Below are positions 16,499 to 25,608 of a stretch of DNA of 32,000 nucleotides, in pieces. Location of the stretch: contig JAUSKK010000051.1 in NCBI GenBank assembly GCA_030649345.1, positions 1-32,000 on the forward strand. Reading direction: 5' to 3'. Position 1 is the first letter of the stretch; each line of letters starts with the position of its first letter. A program made the translations under genes and the position numbers. This DNA comes from Candidatus Iainarchaeum sp. (GTDB taxonomy: Archaea > Iainarchaeota > Iainarchaeia > Iainarchaeales > 0-14-0-20-34-12). A model generated the notes under the pieces. It searched no databases, was not told where the DNA came from, and worked only from the letters and a program-made list of their open reading frames with translations.

Positions 16499-18244
16499 AT
16501 GAATGAAAAAATAACAGAGTATCAAACAGATGTTTTAATTGTTGGATCCGGCGGATCTGGACTGCGGTGTGCCATTGAATTATGCGATCAAGGAATTAAA
16601 GATATTTTAGTTATTGGAAAATGCAAATTAGGAGAAGCCCACACCAAAGAAGCTGAAGGCGGAATTAATGCAGCTTTAGGAAATGTAGACAAAGAAGACA
16701 ATTGGTTATGGCATGTAAAAGATACTTTAAGTGAAAGTGGTTATTTAGCCAATGGAAAACAAGCAGAATTGGTATGCAAAAATATGATTCCAGACATTCA
16801 AGAATTGCAAACCATGGGTGTTCCATTTAATCAAACAAAAAATGGAAAAATAAATCAAAGACAATTCGGAGGGCAAACATTTAATCGAACTTGTTTTGTA
16901 GGAGATTATACTGGAAAAGCAATATTGGAAACTTTAGTAAAACAGGTTCAAAAAAGAAAAATTAAAAATTTAGAAAATATTTATGTAACCCAGTTATTGG
17001 CCAGTAAAGGAAAAATTTCTGGAATCTTTGGACTTGATTTTGAATCAGGACAATTTGTACAAATTCAGGCAAAAATTGTTGTTTTGGCCACTGGAGGATA
17101 TACTCGGGTGTACAAAACAGCCAGTTCAGATCAATTTGTGAATACAGGGGACAGTATTTGGCTTGCATTGAATGCTGGTTTAGAATTAAAGGACATGGAA
17201 TTGGTTCAATTTCATCCAACTGGAATGGTTTGGCCGGAAGAAGCTCAAGGAAAATTGATTACCGAAGGAGTCAGAAGCGAAGGAGGATATTTGACAAATT
17301 CTAAAGGAGAACGATTCATGCAAAAATATGATTCTGAACGCATGGAATTAAGCACACGTGATCGAGTAGCTAGGGCAAATTTTTTTGAAATTCGCACAGG
17401 CAATACCACACCCCATGGCGGAGTTTGGTTAGATATAACACATAGAACACCCGAGTACATTGATGAACGCTTGCCGAAGATGATTCAACAATTCAAACAA
17501 TACGGAAATGTAGATATCAAAACAGAAAAAATGGAAGTAGCTCCAACAGCCCATTATTCAATGGGTGGAATTGTAATTCAACCAGAAACAGGAGAAACTA
17601 AAATCAAAGGATTGTATGCCATCGGCGAAGCTACTGCAGGATTGCATGGCGGCAATAGGCTGGGGGGAAATTCTTTGGCTGAAATTATTGTTTGGGGAAA
17701 ATTAGCCGGCAAAGATATTGCAAAAAAAGTAAAAAAATTTAAACAAATTAAAGTGAATTCAAAAATAGTTCAAAACGAAATTGAACGAATTCAAAACTTG
17801 TTTTCTGGAACAAAATCTAACCCAGTTGTTTTACGGACTGAACTGCAAAAACTCATGTGGAATCATGCAGGCGTTGTAAAAAATGAAAAAGATTTACAAA
17901 AAGGATTAACTGAATTAGCTATTTTAAAAGAATTAACTAAAAATGCAAAAATTAAAACTGGATTAAAAAATAATTTAGAACTAATTACTGTACTGGATCT
18001 AGAAGCTCAATTGGCAACCAGTGAATGTATTTTAAAAAGTGCTTTGGCTAGAAAAGAATCCAGAGGAGCTCATTACCGGGAAGACTTTTTAAAAACAAAA
18101 AAAGAATGGCTGGTTAATTTAATTTGCCGGCAAGACTTAAAAGGAAAAATTAAGTTAACAAAAAAGAAAGTAGTTAAACCCAGTGCTGAAGTTTTAAAAT
18201 TTTTGAAAAAAATTAAAGAAAAATACGGTGAATGGAAAAACTAA
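16499..18244 (+). CDS. sdhA: succinate dehydrogenase / fumarate reductase flavoprotein subunit
   Basis: VLIVGSGGSGL FAD fold, EAHTKEAEGGINAAL (His at the covalent-FAD position), QFHPTG, HYSMGG and ESRGAHYREDF. Size is 581 aa. Confidence 0.85.
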   Translation: MNEKITEYQTDVLIVGSGGSGLRCAIELCDQGIKDILVIGKCKLGEAHTKEAEGGINAALGNVDKEDNWLWHVKDTLSESGYLANGKQAELVCKNMIPDIQELQTMGVPFNQTKNGKINQRQFGGQTFNRTCFVGDYTGKAILETLVKQVQKRKIKNLENIYVTQLLASKGKISGIFGLDFESGQFVQIQAKIVVLATGGYTRVYKTASSDQFVNTGDSIWLALNAGLELKDMELVQFHPTGMVWPEEAQGKLITEGVRSEGGYLTNSKGERFMQKYDSERMELSTRDRVARANFFEIRTGNTTPHGGVWLDITHRTPEYIDERLPKMIQQFKQYGNVDIKTEKMEVAPTAHYSMGGIVIQPETGETKIKGLYAIGEATAGLHGGNRLGGNSLAEIIVWGKLAGKDIAKKVKKFKQIKVNSKIVQNEIERIQNLFSGTKSNPVVLRTELQKLMWNHAGVVKNEKDLQKGLTELAILKELTKNAKIKTGLKNNLELITVLDLEAQLATSECILKSALARKESRGAHYREDFLKTKKEWLVNLICRQDLKGKIKLTKKKVVKPSAEVLKFLKKIKEKYGEWKN

Positions 18245-18253
18245 CTTTTGCAT

Positions 18254-18283
18254 ATTGGAAGAATTAATTATTTTTCTTCCAAT
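18254..18283. terminator. hairpin between the convergent sdhA and ferredoxin genes
   Basis: 10-bp stem ATTGGAAGAA (18254-18263) / TTCTTCCAAT (18274-18283) with a 10-nt AT loop. The right arm overlaps the last ferredoxin codons. Confidence 0.4.
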
Positions 18284-18507
18284 TTTACAATTTTAATAAT
18301 GGCCACAGGACAAGCATCGGCTGCATCCAAAGCTGCTTTGTAATCTTTTTCATCAATTATTTTTACAAAATTTCCATTTTCGTCTTGTGATTGTTTTAAG
18401 TCTGCTTTTCCGTCATTGGCCATTTCAAAGTCATTCGGAGACATGCCTACACAAGCGCCTGCACCAATGCATCCATTTCGATCATACACAATTTTATATT
18501 TCACCAT
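18268..18507 (-). CDS. small single-cluster ferredoxin (probable 3Fe-4S type)
   Basis: Cluster motif C-I-G-A-G-A-C plus a distal A-C-P, the Pyrococcus/Thermotoga-type monocluster layout with Ala at the second ligand position. GGAGG lies upstream. Confidence 0.8.
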   Translation of the reverse strand: MVKYKIVYDRNGCIGAGACVGMSPNDFEMANDGKADLKQSQDENGNFVKIIDEKDYKAALDAADACPVAIIKIVKLEEK

Positions 18508-18609
18508 TGTTTAGCCTCCAATAAAAGTAAACTAAAGAATAGAGTTAAAGTATTTAAAAAGGTTTTTAAGTTCAATTAAATTTAATAAGATTTAATGCCT
18601 TGTCTTTAG

Positions 18610-19377
18610 ATGAAACCTAAAAGAATGGTACGTATCCAGCGGCCTAAAAGAAGATTAAAACAAAGACAGCCAAGATCAAGGCCTTTGGCGCGATTTCGGC
18701 ATTTGCAGGAATACAATAAAGTTCATGGAGCTGAAATTTTAAGAAAAGTATTTGAACGATTGTCATTACAGGCAAGAAAAAGAATTGCCGTTAGTCCAGC
18801 AGTGTATGTGAAACCAGTTAAATTTGAAAGTGAATTATGTGCACGCTTGGAGACATTTGCACAAAAATGTCCTCAAGCTGAGCGAATTTTTGTGCGAGGA
18901 AATATTGTTTCTAGTACGCATAAAAATAGACCTGAAAAATGGAATATTGCACCTCGCGGACATTTTGATCCAAAAACAGGAGAACTGCTGTGGGATACAC
19001 CGCCTTACTCCAATCGAGAATCATGGGCGGAAACAGAATGGCTAATTTATCCAACTCGTGGAAAAATGAAAATTAACCAAGATGGTGTGGTTGAAGTAAG
19101 AAAAATGGGTGGAAATACAATTGTAGTAGATATTCACAGTGCTGGATTATTGGACCTTGAATTAAGACGTGAAGGACCTGTATTTTTAGACTTTGCCAAA
19201 AATAAAGTGGATGGAAATGCTCCACAGAATTTTGCAGCAGTGCAAGAATTGATAGTTCGAATTATGCGGCAAAGAGAATTAGCTCGAATGTCGCATGGAA
19301 ATACTTTAAAACTAAGATATGTCACTTGGAGAGATCAACCTGAGAAAATGGAATTTTACGATTGCCTACTAACGTAA
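18610..19377 (+). CDS. ORFan with an arginine-rich N-terminal arm
   Basis: The 255-aa ORF begins MKPKRMVRIQRPKRRLKQRQPRSRPLARFRHL. I recognise no family. The competing in-window ORFs are short shadows. Confidence 0.5.
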   Translation: MKPKRMVRIQRPKRRLKQRQPRSRPLARFRHLQEYNKVHGAEILRKVFERLSLQARKRIAVSPAVYVKPVKFESELCARLETFAQKCPQAERIFVRGNIVSSTHKNRPEKWNIAPRGHFDPKTGELLWDTPPYSNRESWAETEWLIYPTRGKMKINQDGVVEVRKMGGNTIVVDIHSAGLLDLELRREGPVFLDFAKNKVDGNAPQNFAAVQELIVRIMRQRELARMSHGNTLKLRYVTWRDQPEKMEFYDCLLT

Positions 19378-19421
19378 TTTGTTAAAAAATATGTTGGCAA
19401 TGATGAGGTAAAAATCAATTT

Positions 19422-20084
19422 TTACTCCCATTTTTCTTTGATTAAATTTTCTTCTTTAAACCCTTGGGTTTTCATGAATTCAATTACTGAATCAATGGCT
19501 TTCGGCGGACCGCATAAATAAGTTTGAATTTCAGATTTAGGATTCTCAAATTGTGCATGTTCCATTACTATTTGAACATATCCTTGCTTTCCTTGAGACA
19601 AATCATGACTGGCAATAGAATGAACTTTAAAGTTCGAATGTTTTTTCATTAATTCTTTGAGTTCATTTTGATAAACAAAGCAAGTATTGTTTCTAAAACC
19701 ATAAAATAAATGCATGAATCTTTTTTCGTTAGAATGCAGTAAATGCCGAATCATGGAAATCAAGGGAGCAATTCCTGTGCCTAAAGCTACAAAAGCAATT
19801 TCTTTAAAGTCATTACCTAAAACAAATTTACCCCAAGGGCCTTTCATATTCACAGTGTCTCCAATTTGTTTTTTGACTCCAACATGATTGGTTATTCCTG
19901 GAGTTTCATGTACTCGAATGCATAATTCAAGAGTTGATTCATGCGGTGCACTGGATAAAGAAAACGAAGCCCATTTTAATTGTAAATCATTGCCCCATAA
20001 TTTATAATCATCGCAGGAAACCATGACAAACTGCCCAGGCTGATACGTAAATCCTGCGGGTTTTTCAAATCGAATGACTTGCAA
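19422..20084 (-). CDS. ferredoxin-NADP reductase-like FAD/NAD(P)-binding oxidoreductase (PyrK / hydrogenase-gamma-like)
   Basis: YQPGQFVMV beta-barrel, a degenerate R-x-Y-S site (ASFSLSS), GTGIAPLISMIRHLL NAD(P) motif, and YLCGPP C-terminus. The track start at 20084 is a TTG, and the frame is open up to 20150. Confidence 0.75.
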   Translation of the reverse strand: MQVIRFEKPAGFTYQPGQFVMVSCDDYKLWGNDLQLKWASFSLSSAPHESTLELCIRVHETPGITNHVGVKKQIGDTVNMKGPWGKFVLGNDFKEIAFVALGTGIAPLISMIRHLLHSNEKRFMHLFYGFRNNTCFVYQNELKELMKKHSNFKVHSIASHDLSQGKQGYVQIVMEHAQFENPKSEIQTYLCGPPKAIDSVIEFMKTQGFKEENLIKEKWE

Positions 20085-20159
20085 ATGATTTTGTTCATCT
20101 TGGCATTTTTCGACACTTAAAATTTTTGTTTTAAACTCAACTATATTCAGTCACCTTTT

Positions 20160-21809
20160 TTATCGTATTGGACAAACATTTACAGATAATTCTTCTGCTA
20201 AAGTTAAATTTTCAGAATAATCTACTGGCACGTCAATAATATGAATGCCTTCTGAATTTAAAGCTTTTTCAATGGTGGGTTTTAATTCTTCAGTTTTAGT
20301 AATTTTGTAACCATGGCATCCAAAGCTTTCAGCTAATTTTACAAAATCCGGATTGGTAAAAGTAGAACCAAATTGATTGTTCCATTTTTTTTGCTGTCTA
20401 GTTGTAATCGCACCATACATTCCGTCATCAAAAATAATTACTACAAAAGACAAACCTAAACGTTTGGCAGTCTCAAGTTCTTGGACATTCATTAAAAATC
20501 CACCGTCACCGCAGACTACAATTACTTTTTTATCCGGACAAGCTAATTTTGCTGCAATGGCGCCCGGCAAAGCAAAACCCATGCTGGCCAAGCCATTGGA
20601 AATCAAAACAGTATTGGGTTCATTGGTAAAATATTGTCTTGCCACCCATAATTTATGCGAACCCACGTCACTTAACACAATGTCTGAATCACTAGTGCAG
20701 GTACGTAAATCTGAAATAATTCTTTGCGGTTTTATCGGAAAGTTTGGATCTTTGCATTTTTGATGCAGTTTTTCTTTTAAAACTTCTTTCATGGTCTTGG
20801 CATACGTTGTATCATTTTGAGTAATGCGAACAGTACTTAATCTTTCTAAAGTTTCTTTAATGTCTGCAATAATTTCCAATTCAGGCAAATAACAATTATC
20901 TACTTCTGCAGACAAAGTATTCATGTGCAAAATTTTCTTTCCGCAAGTGGCATTAAATTTTTCCGGAGGAGATTCAACTAAATCATAGCCTATGGCAATA
21001 ATTAAATCTGATTCTGCTACAGCACATAAAGCATAATCTTTAGAATGCAGCATTCCAATGGTAAATAAATTTAATTCATAATCATTGGGAACTACTCCTT
21101 TGCTCATATACGTATTGACTACAGGCAATTGATTGATTTCAATAAATTTTCTTAATTGCTGACTGGCTTTGTTTCGAATCACTCCGTTTCCAATTAAAAC
21201 TATGGGAGTTTTTGCTTTAGAAATTAATTCAACTGCAGTACGTAAATCTGTTTCTTGAGGATGCGAATAATACGTTTTTGTTACAGGCAAAGGTTCACTG
21301 AATGCTTCAGCTTCTGATACGTCTTCGGGTAATTCAATATGGGTTGCTCCAGGTCTTTCACTTTGAGCAATTTTGAATGCTTTGCGGACAATTTCTGGAA
21401 TTGAATTTGGAGAAACAATCGAAGTATTCCATTTGGTAATGGGCTCGAACATTTTTACAATGTCAATAAATTGATGGCTTTCTTTATGGCCTCGAGATAA
21501 GCTTCCTTGGCCTGTAATTGCAACTACTGGTGCTGCATCTAATTGTGCATCTGCTATCCCAGTAACTAAATTTGTGGCACCTGGGCCTAAAGTTCCTAAG
21601 CAAACTCCAGCTTTGCCAGTTAATCTGCCATAAACATCTGCCATAAAAGCAGCGCCTTGCTCATGCCGAACTGTAATAAATTTGATTTTTTTACTTTCAC
21701 TTAAAGCCTGCGTAAAATACAATGTTTCTTCTCCAGGCAAACCAAAAATGTATTCCACGCCTTCATTTTCTAAACATTTAACCAATAATTCGGAAGCATT
21801 CATAGACAT
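20160..21809 (-). CDS. thiamine-diphosphate enzyme of the acetolactate synthase / AlsS family
   Basis: GVEYIFGLPGEE, VRHEQGAAFMADVYGRLTGKAGVCLGTLGPGATNL, and the ThDP motif CGDGGFLMNVQELETAKR. I prefer the ATG at 21809 (MSMNASELL) over the track start at 21851. The preferred start has a TATA-like TTTTATGTAT about 30 nt upstream. Confidence 0.85.
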   Translation of the reverse strand: MSMNASELLVKCLENEGVEYIFGLPGEETLYFTQALSESKKIKFITVRHEQGAAFMADVYGRLTGKAGVCLGTLGPGATNLVTGIADAQLDAAPVVAITGQGSLSRGHKESHQFIDIVKMFEPITKWNTSIVSPNSIPEIVRKAFKIAQSERPGATHIELPEDVSEAEAFSEPLPVTKTYYSHPQETDLRTAVELISKAKTPIVLIGNGVIRNKASQQLRKFIEINQLPVVNTYMSKGVVPNDYELNLFTIGMLHSKDYALCAVAESDLIIAIGYDLVESPPEKFNATCGKKILHMNTLSAEVDNCYLPELEIIADIKETLERLSTVRITQNDTTYAKTMKEVLKEKLHQKCKDPNFPIKPQRIISDLRTCTSDSDIVLSDVGSHKLWVARQYFTNEPNTVLISNGLASMGFALPGAIAAKLACPDKKVIVVCGDGGFLMNVQELETAKRLGLSFVVIIFDDGMYGAITTRQQKKWNNQFGSTFTNPDFVKLAESFGCHGYKITKTEELKPTIEKALNSEGIHIIDVPVDYSENLTLAEELSVNVCPIR

Positions 21810-21879
21810 CAAAAAGTATGTATTATTGGCAAAAAATACATAAAAAGGCATTGGTGCAAATTTAGAAAATTGGACTTAT

Positions 21880-22326
21880 TTAGTCAAATGGCACAGCTAC
21901 AATATCTACTTTGAGTTTTGCAATTTTTTCTGAACTTTCTTGTCCTGCAATAGGATAAGGTTCTATTGAAATTAGAGAAATTAAATATTGGTTTCCTATT
22001 TTGTCTTTGCGTGTAAAAGTCTGCGAAGAATTGGTGTCTAAAGTCAAAGTAATATTTTCTACTAAAATAGCATCTTGTTTTATTTCGAGAATTGTTTTTC
22101 CTTCTCCTTGCCAGACGCAGGTAACCTTTGAAGGACATCTAGAATCTTGAATTTCAATTAATTTAATTTCTAAATTATCTGAAAATTTTGCAGTTTGCCC
22201 TTGTGCTAAATTAAATTCTTCTTCGAATTTAGCATTTACAAAATTAGTTGGATTAACTGGTGGTTGAGTTACACAACCTAAAACCAGAACAATGAGTAAA
22301 GCATAAACTGCAATAATTGTTTTCAT
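21880..22326 (-). CDS. lipoprotein, hypothetical
   Basis: Signal peptide MKTIIAVYALLIVLVLGC with a lipobox. The mature part is beta-rich and of unknown family. Confidence 0.6.
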   Translation of the reverse strand: MKTIIAVYALLIVLVLGCVTQPPVNPTNFVNAKFEEEFNLAQGQTAKFSDNLEIKLIEIQDSRCPSKVTCVWQGEGKTILEIKQDAILVENITLTLDTNSSQTFTRKDKIGNQYLISLISIEPYPIAGQESSEKIAKLKVDIVAVPFD

Positions 22327-22385
22327 AAAAGAATATTGGGCAAGGGTTAATTAAAAACTGTTGGAATGGTTCGGTTTCAGCCAAA

Positions 22386-23804
22386 CTATTGTTTTAGTTC
22401 AGTAATCAATACTTTTAATTCAGTAAATTCTTCAATTGCATATTTAGGCCCTTCTCTACCAAAACCAGAATCTTTAATTCCACCGTACGGCTGATTGTCT
22501 GCACGAAAAGTTGGAGTTTCATTAATTAAAACTCCGCCGACATCTAATTCTTCAAAGGCTTGCAAAGCCTTATTGGAGTCTTGAGTAAATATTCCAGCCT
22601 GCAAACCATACTTTGAATCATTTACTAAATTCAATGCTTGCTTAAAAGAATCATAACTAACCAAAACTTTGACTGGGGCAAAAATTTCTTCCGAATAACA
22701 TTTGCTTTTTGGATTTACATTGGCAAGCAAAGTTGGATAAAATAAATTTTTTTCTCTTTTCCCGCCCAGCAAAATTTTTGCACCTTCTTGGACTGCTTCC
22801 TGAAGCCATTGTTCTACACGTTCAGCTGAACTTAAGTCAATCATAGGCCCAACCATTACTTCAGGGTCTGCTGGGTTTCCGATTTTTAATTTTTGAATTT
22901 CTTGAATTAATAATACTTTAAATTTTTCATACACTTTTTTTTGTACAAAAATTCTTTGCGAACTAATACAGGATTGTCCAGCATATGCATACATGGCTGG
23001 CGCTAATTTTTTTGCAGCAAGCTCTAGATTAGCGTCATCGTGAACAATAACTGCCGCATTACCTCCCAATTCCAGCAAGACGCGTTTTTTGCCAGCATTA
23101 TTTTTTAAATTCCAGCCCACACTGGCAGAACCAGTAAAAGATAAAACTTTTATTCGTTCATCTTGAATTAAAAAATCCAAAGATTGTTTATCACTGCGAT
23201 CAATTGGAAGAACTGATATTGCTTGTTTTGGCCAACCGGACTCCAATGCAATTTCAGCTAATTTAAATGAACTTAAAGGAGTACGCTCTGCTGGCTTTAG
23301 AATAATGGGACAACCGGCAGCAATGGCAGGCCCTAGTTTATGACAAACTAAATTTAATGGAAAATTAAATGGCGAAATTCCTATGATTGAACCGATGGGA
23401 AAACGTTTAATTTTTCCTGTTTTACTTGAATCAATTTCAATAATTTGTTCAGTTAGTTTCAAAGATTCTTCTGCAGACAAACGCAAAGTAACTATAGCTC
23501 GGTCTACTTCTTTTAAAGCCAAAGAAATAGGTTTTCCAGCTTCTTCTGAAATTATTTTAGCCAATTCACTTTTTTGTTGTGTAATTAAATCAGCCATTTT
23601 GAGCAAAATTTTATTTCTTTCCAGTAAACTTAAATTTTTAGTAATCTGAAAAGATTCAGTGGTTAATTCCACTGCTTTTTGCACTTGTTCAAAAGAAGGC
23701 ATGCATACTGTTGCAATTTCTGTTTGATTCCATGGATTCACTACAGGATAAGTTTCTTGGGTTTCAGTCCAAGTTCCAGCCAATAAAAATTTCTGAGCTA
23801 ACAT
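22386..23804 (-). CDS. NAD(P)+-dependent aldehyde dehydrogenase
   Basis: FTGSASVGW, general base in LELGGNAAVIV, catalytic Cys in YAGQSCISSQRIFV, and EEIFAPV. Confidence 0.9.
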   Translation of the reverse strand: MLAQKFLLAGTWTETQETYPVVNPWNQTEIATVCMPSFEQVQKAVELTTESFQITKNLSLLERNKILLKMADLITQQKSELAKIISEEAGKPISLALKEVDRAIVTLRLSAEESLKLTEQIIEIDSSKTGKIKRFPIGSIIGISPFNFPLNLVCHKLGPAIAAGCPIILKPAERTPLSSFKLAEIALESGWPKQAISVLPIDRSDKQSLDFLIQDERIKVLSFTGSASVGWNLKNNAGKKRVLLELGGNAAVIVHDDANLELAAKKLAPAMYAYAGQSCISSQRIFVQKKVYEKFKVLLIQEIQKLKIGNPADPEVMVGPMIDLSSAERVEQWLQEAVQEGAKILLGGKREKNLFYPTLLANVNPKSKCYSEEIFAPVKVLVSYDSFKQALNLVNDSKYGLQAGIFTQDSNKALQAFEELDVGGVLINETPTFRADNQPYGGIKDSGFGREGPKYAIEEFTELKVLITELKQ

Positions 23805-23856
23805 TTTAGAATTGGCTTGAAAACAATATATAAATCTAATTCAGCCTAGTTTTTGT

Positions 23857-24405
23857 ATGAGCAATTTTATTTTAGCAATTTCCGGAAGCCCAAAAAAAGG
23901 AAATACAGACACTATGCTAGAGCAAACAGTTAAGGGAGCAGAAAGCACTGGCTTGAAAGTAAAAACTATTTTTTTGCGTGACTTAAACTTTTCAGGCTGC
24001 TGCGGCTGGACAGATTGTTTTTATGAAGGCTATTGTAAAATAGATGATGAAATGCAAAACGTGTATAAAGATTTATTGACTTGTTCTGGCTTGATTTTAG
24101 CCAGCCCAAATTATTTCAACAGCGTTTCTGGTTTAATGAAAAATTTTATTGATCGAACCAATCCCTATGCTTTGAAAAAACAATTGGCTGGAAAAAAAGC
24201 AATTTTGTTGACTTGTGGCGGTTGGTCTTTGGACAGTATTCAAAAAACAGAAGATTATTTAAGAGAAATTTGCAGAATTCATAAAATTGAAGTTTTGGGT
24301 GCACAGAAAATCAAAGCAGATTATCCGAATGAAGCTCAAGAGCAAATTAAAGAATTAGAAAACTGTTTTGAATTAGGAAAACTGTTAGGCAAAAGTTTGA
24401 TTTAA
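23857..24405 (+). CDS. NADPH-dependent FMN reductase / iron-sulfur flavoprotein-like protein
   Basis: Flavodoxin-like start ILAISGSPKKGNTDTML, compact Cys cluster FSGCCGWTDCFYEGYC, and SPNYFNSVSG. ATATATAAAT lies about 25 nt upstream of the ATG with no Shine-Dalgarno. Confidence 0.7.
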   Translation: MSNFILAISGSPKKGNTDTMLEQTVKGAESTGLKVKTIFLRDLNFSGCCGWTDCFYEGYCKIDDEMQNVYKDLLTCSGLILASPNYFNSVSGLMKNFIDRTNPYALKKQLAGKKAILLTCGGWSLDSIQKTEDYLREICRIHKIEVLGAQKIKADYPNEAQEQIKELENCFELGKLLGKSLI

Positions 24406-24809
24406 TTTTTAGGCATTGCTTTCAAGTCCATGTAAAAAAATTCCCATAAATGACCATTCAGATCCTGAAAACCTCGGCCATACATCCAGCCATGATCTTG
24501 GGGTTCGCGATATTCTAAAGCGCCAGCTTGAATGGCTGTGTTAACCAAAGAATCTACTTCTTTTCTACTATCTACAGATATGCCAATAATTGCTTCAGTA
24601 TTTTTGCTTGCATCACAGATTTGTTTTTTAATAAATGTTTGAAAAAAGGGTTCAACCAATAGCATGACATAAATAGTTTCTGAAACAATCATGCAAGTTG
24701 CATGTTTATCAGTAAATTGCGGATTGAATGTGAATCCTAATTTTGTAAAAAATTCAATGGTTTTATTTAAGTCTTTTACAGACAAATTCAAAAACATTTG
24801 TTTAGGCAT
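24402..24809 (-). CDS. VOC (glyoxalase/bleomycin-resistance fold) family protein
   Basis: 135 aa. FLNLSVKDLNKTIEFFTKLGF beta-alpha-beta start and C-terminal GFQDLNGHLWEF are typical of small VOC proteins. Confidence 0.7.
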   Translation of the reverse strand: MPKQMFLNLSVKDLNKTIEFFTKLGFTFNPQFTDKHATCMIVSETIYVMLLVEPFFQTFIKKQICDASKNTEAIIGISVDSRKEVDSLVNTAIQAGALEYREPQDHGWMYGRGFQDLNGHLWEFFYMDLKAMPKN

Positions 24810-24898
24810 GTATTCTATAAGATGTTAAATGGATTTAAATCTTTCCAAAAAACGCAAAAGAATAACTTTTTTAACTCTAAAAACACTCATTCTAATGT

Positions 24899-25603
24899 AT
24901 GGCTTACGAGCTTGCTTTAAGTTTTGGAATTATTTTGGCTTTGGTGCACTTTTTCAGCGATAAAATTGAACAATTATTCGAGCAGAAAAAAATTGATTTT
25001 ATTTCGTTTTCTGCAGGAATTTCTACAGCTTATTTGTTTTTAGTGCTATTACCTGACTTGTATACAGGTTATCAGTTATTGAATTCATTTATTTTTTTGC
25101 TGGTATTGTTGGGATTTACTGTTTTTCACTTAACTGAAAAATGGGTTTATCAAAACACCAGTGCTTTGGGTGATTTACGACATAAATTAAAAGAAGTACA
25201 TGGAGTCACTTGGTTTGTGTATCATGGAGTATTGGGAATTCTTTTGGCTGAATTAACTCAAAGCAATCCAATTATGGGAATGTTATTTTTTGTGCCTATC
25301 TTGTTTCACACCGGAATTAGTACTTTTTCGCTAGAGCAATTGCATGACAAATTAAAATATCATTTACCAGCACGTGCATTATTGTCCGTGTCCACTTTGG
25401 CTGGAATTTTACTGGCATCTCAATTAGCCATTCCTTCTTTGGTTACTTGGATTTTATATGCTTTAATCGGAGGAGCTTTATTCTTTATTGTAATCCGCGA
25501 ATACATTCCGCCGGAAAGACAAGGAAATCCGCGCATGTATTTTATTGCAACCATGGGGTTTGCAATATTAGTATTTGTTTTAAATAACCTGAAACTAATA
25601 TAA
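24899..25603 (+). CDS. polytopic membrane protein, possibly ZIP-like metal transporter
   Basis: About 7-8 hydrophobic segments with His-containing helices (LVHFFSD, VFHLTEKW, ILFHTGIS). C-terminal GGALFFIVIREYIPPE resembles the ZIP G-x-x-L-Y-V-x-x-x-E-L-I-P-E segment. Confidence 0.45.
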   Translation: MAYELALSFGIILALVHFFSDKIEQLFEQKKIDFISFSAGISTAYLFLVLLPDLYTGYQLLNSFIFLLVLLGFTVFHLTEKWVYQNTSALGDLRHKLKEVHGVTWFVYHGVLGILLAELTQSNPIMGMLFFVPILFHTGISTFSLEQLHDKLKYHLPARALLSVSTLAGILLASQLAIPSLVTWILYALIGGALFFIVIREYIPPERQGNPRMYFIATMGFAILVFVLNNLKLI

Positions 25604-25608
25604 TTTAT

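Noticed and set aside
20377-20763. Plus-strand 128-aa ORF inside the ThDP enzyme gene. The same applies to 23383..23649 in the aldehyde dehydrogenase, 29632..29955 and 30211..30396 in lpdA, 27476..27827 opposite lplA, and 16962..17460 opposite sdhA.
   Set aside because: All are embedded antisense in CDSs that carry multiple catalytic motifs, so I treat them as shadow ORFs.
21810-21851. Track start MPFYVFFANNTYFL for the ThDP enzyme.
   Set aside because: Family members begin close to the ...SELLVKCLENEGVEYIFG segment. The extension is Phe/Tyr/Asn-rich translation of an AT-rich, promoter-like stretch.
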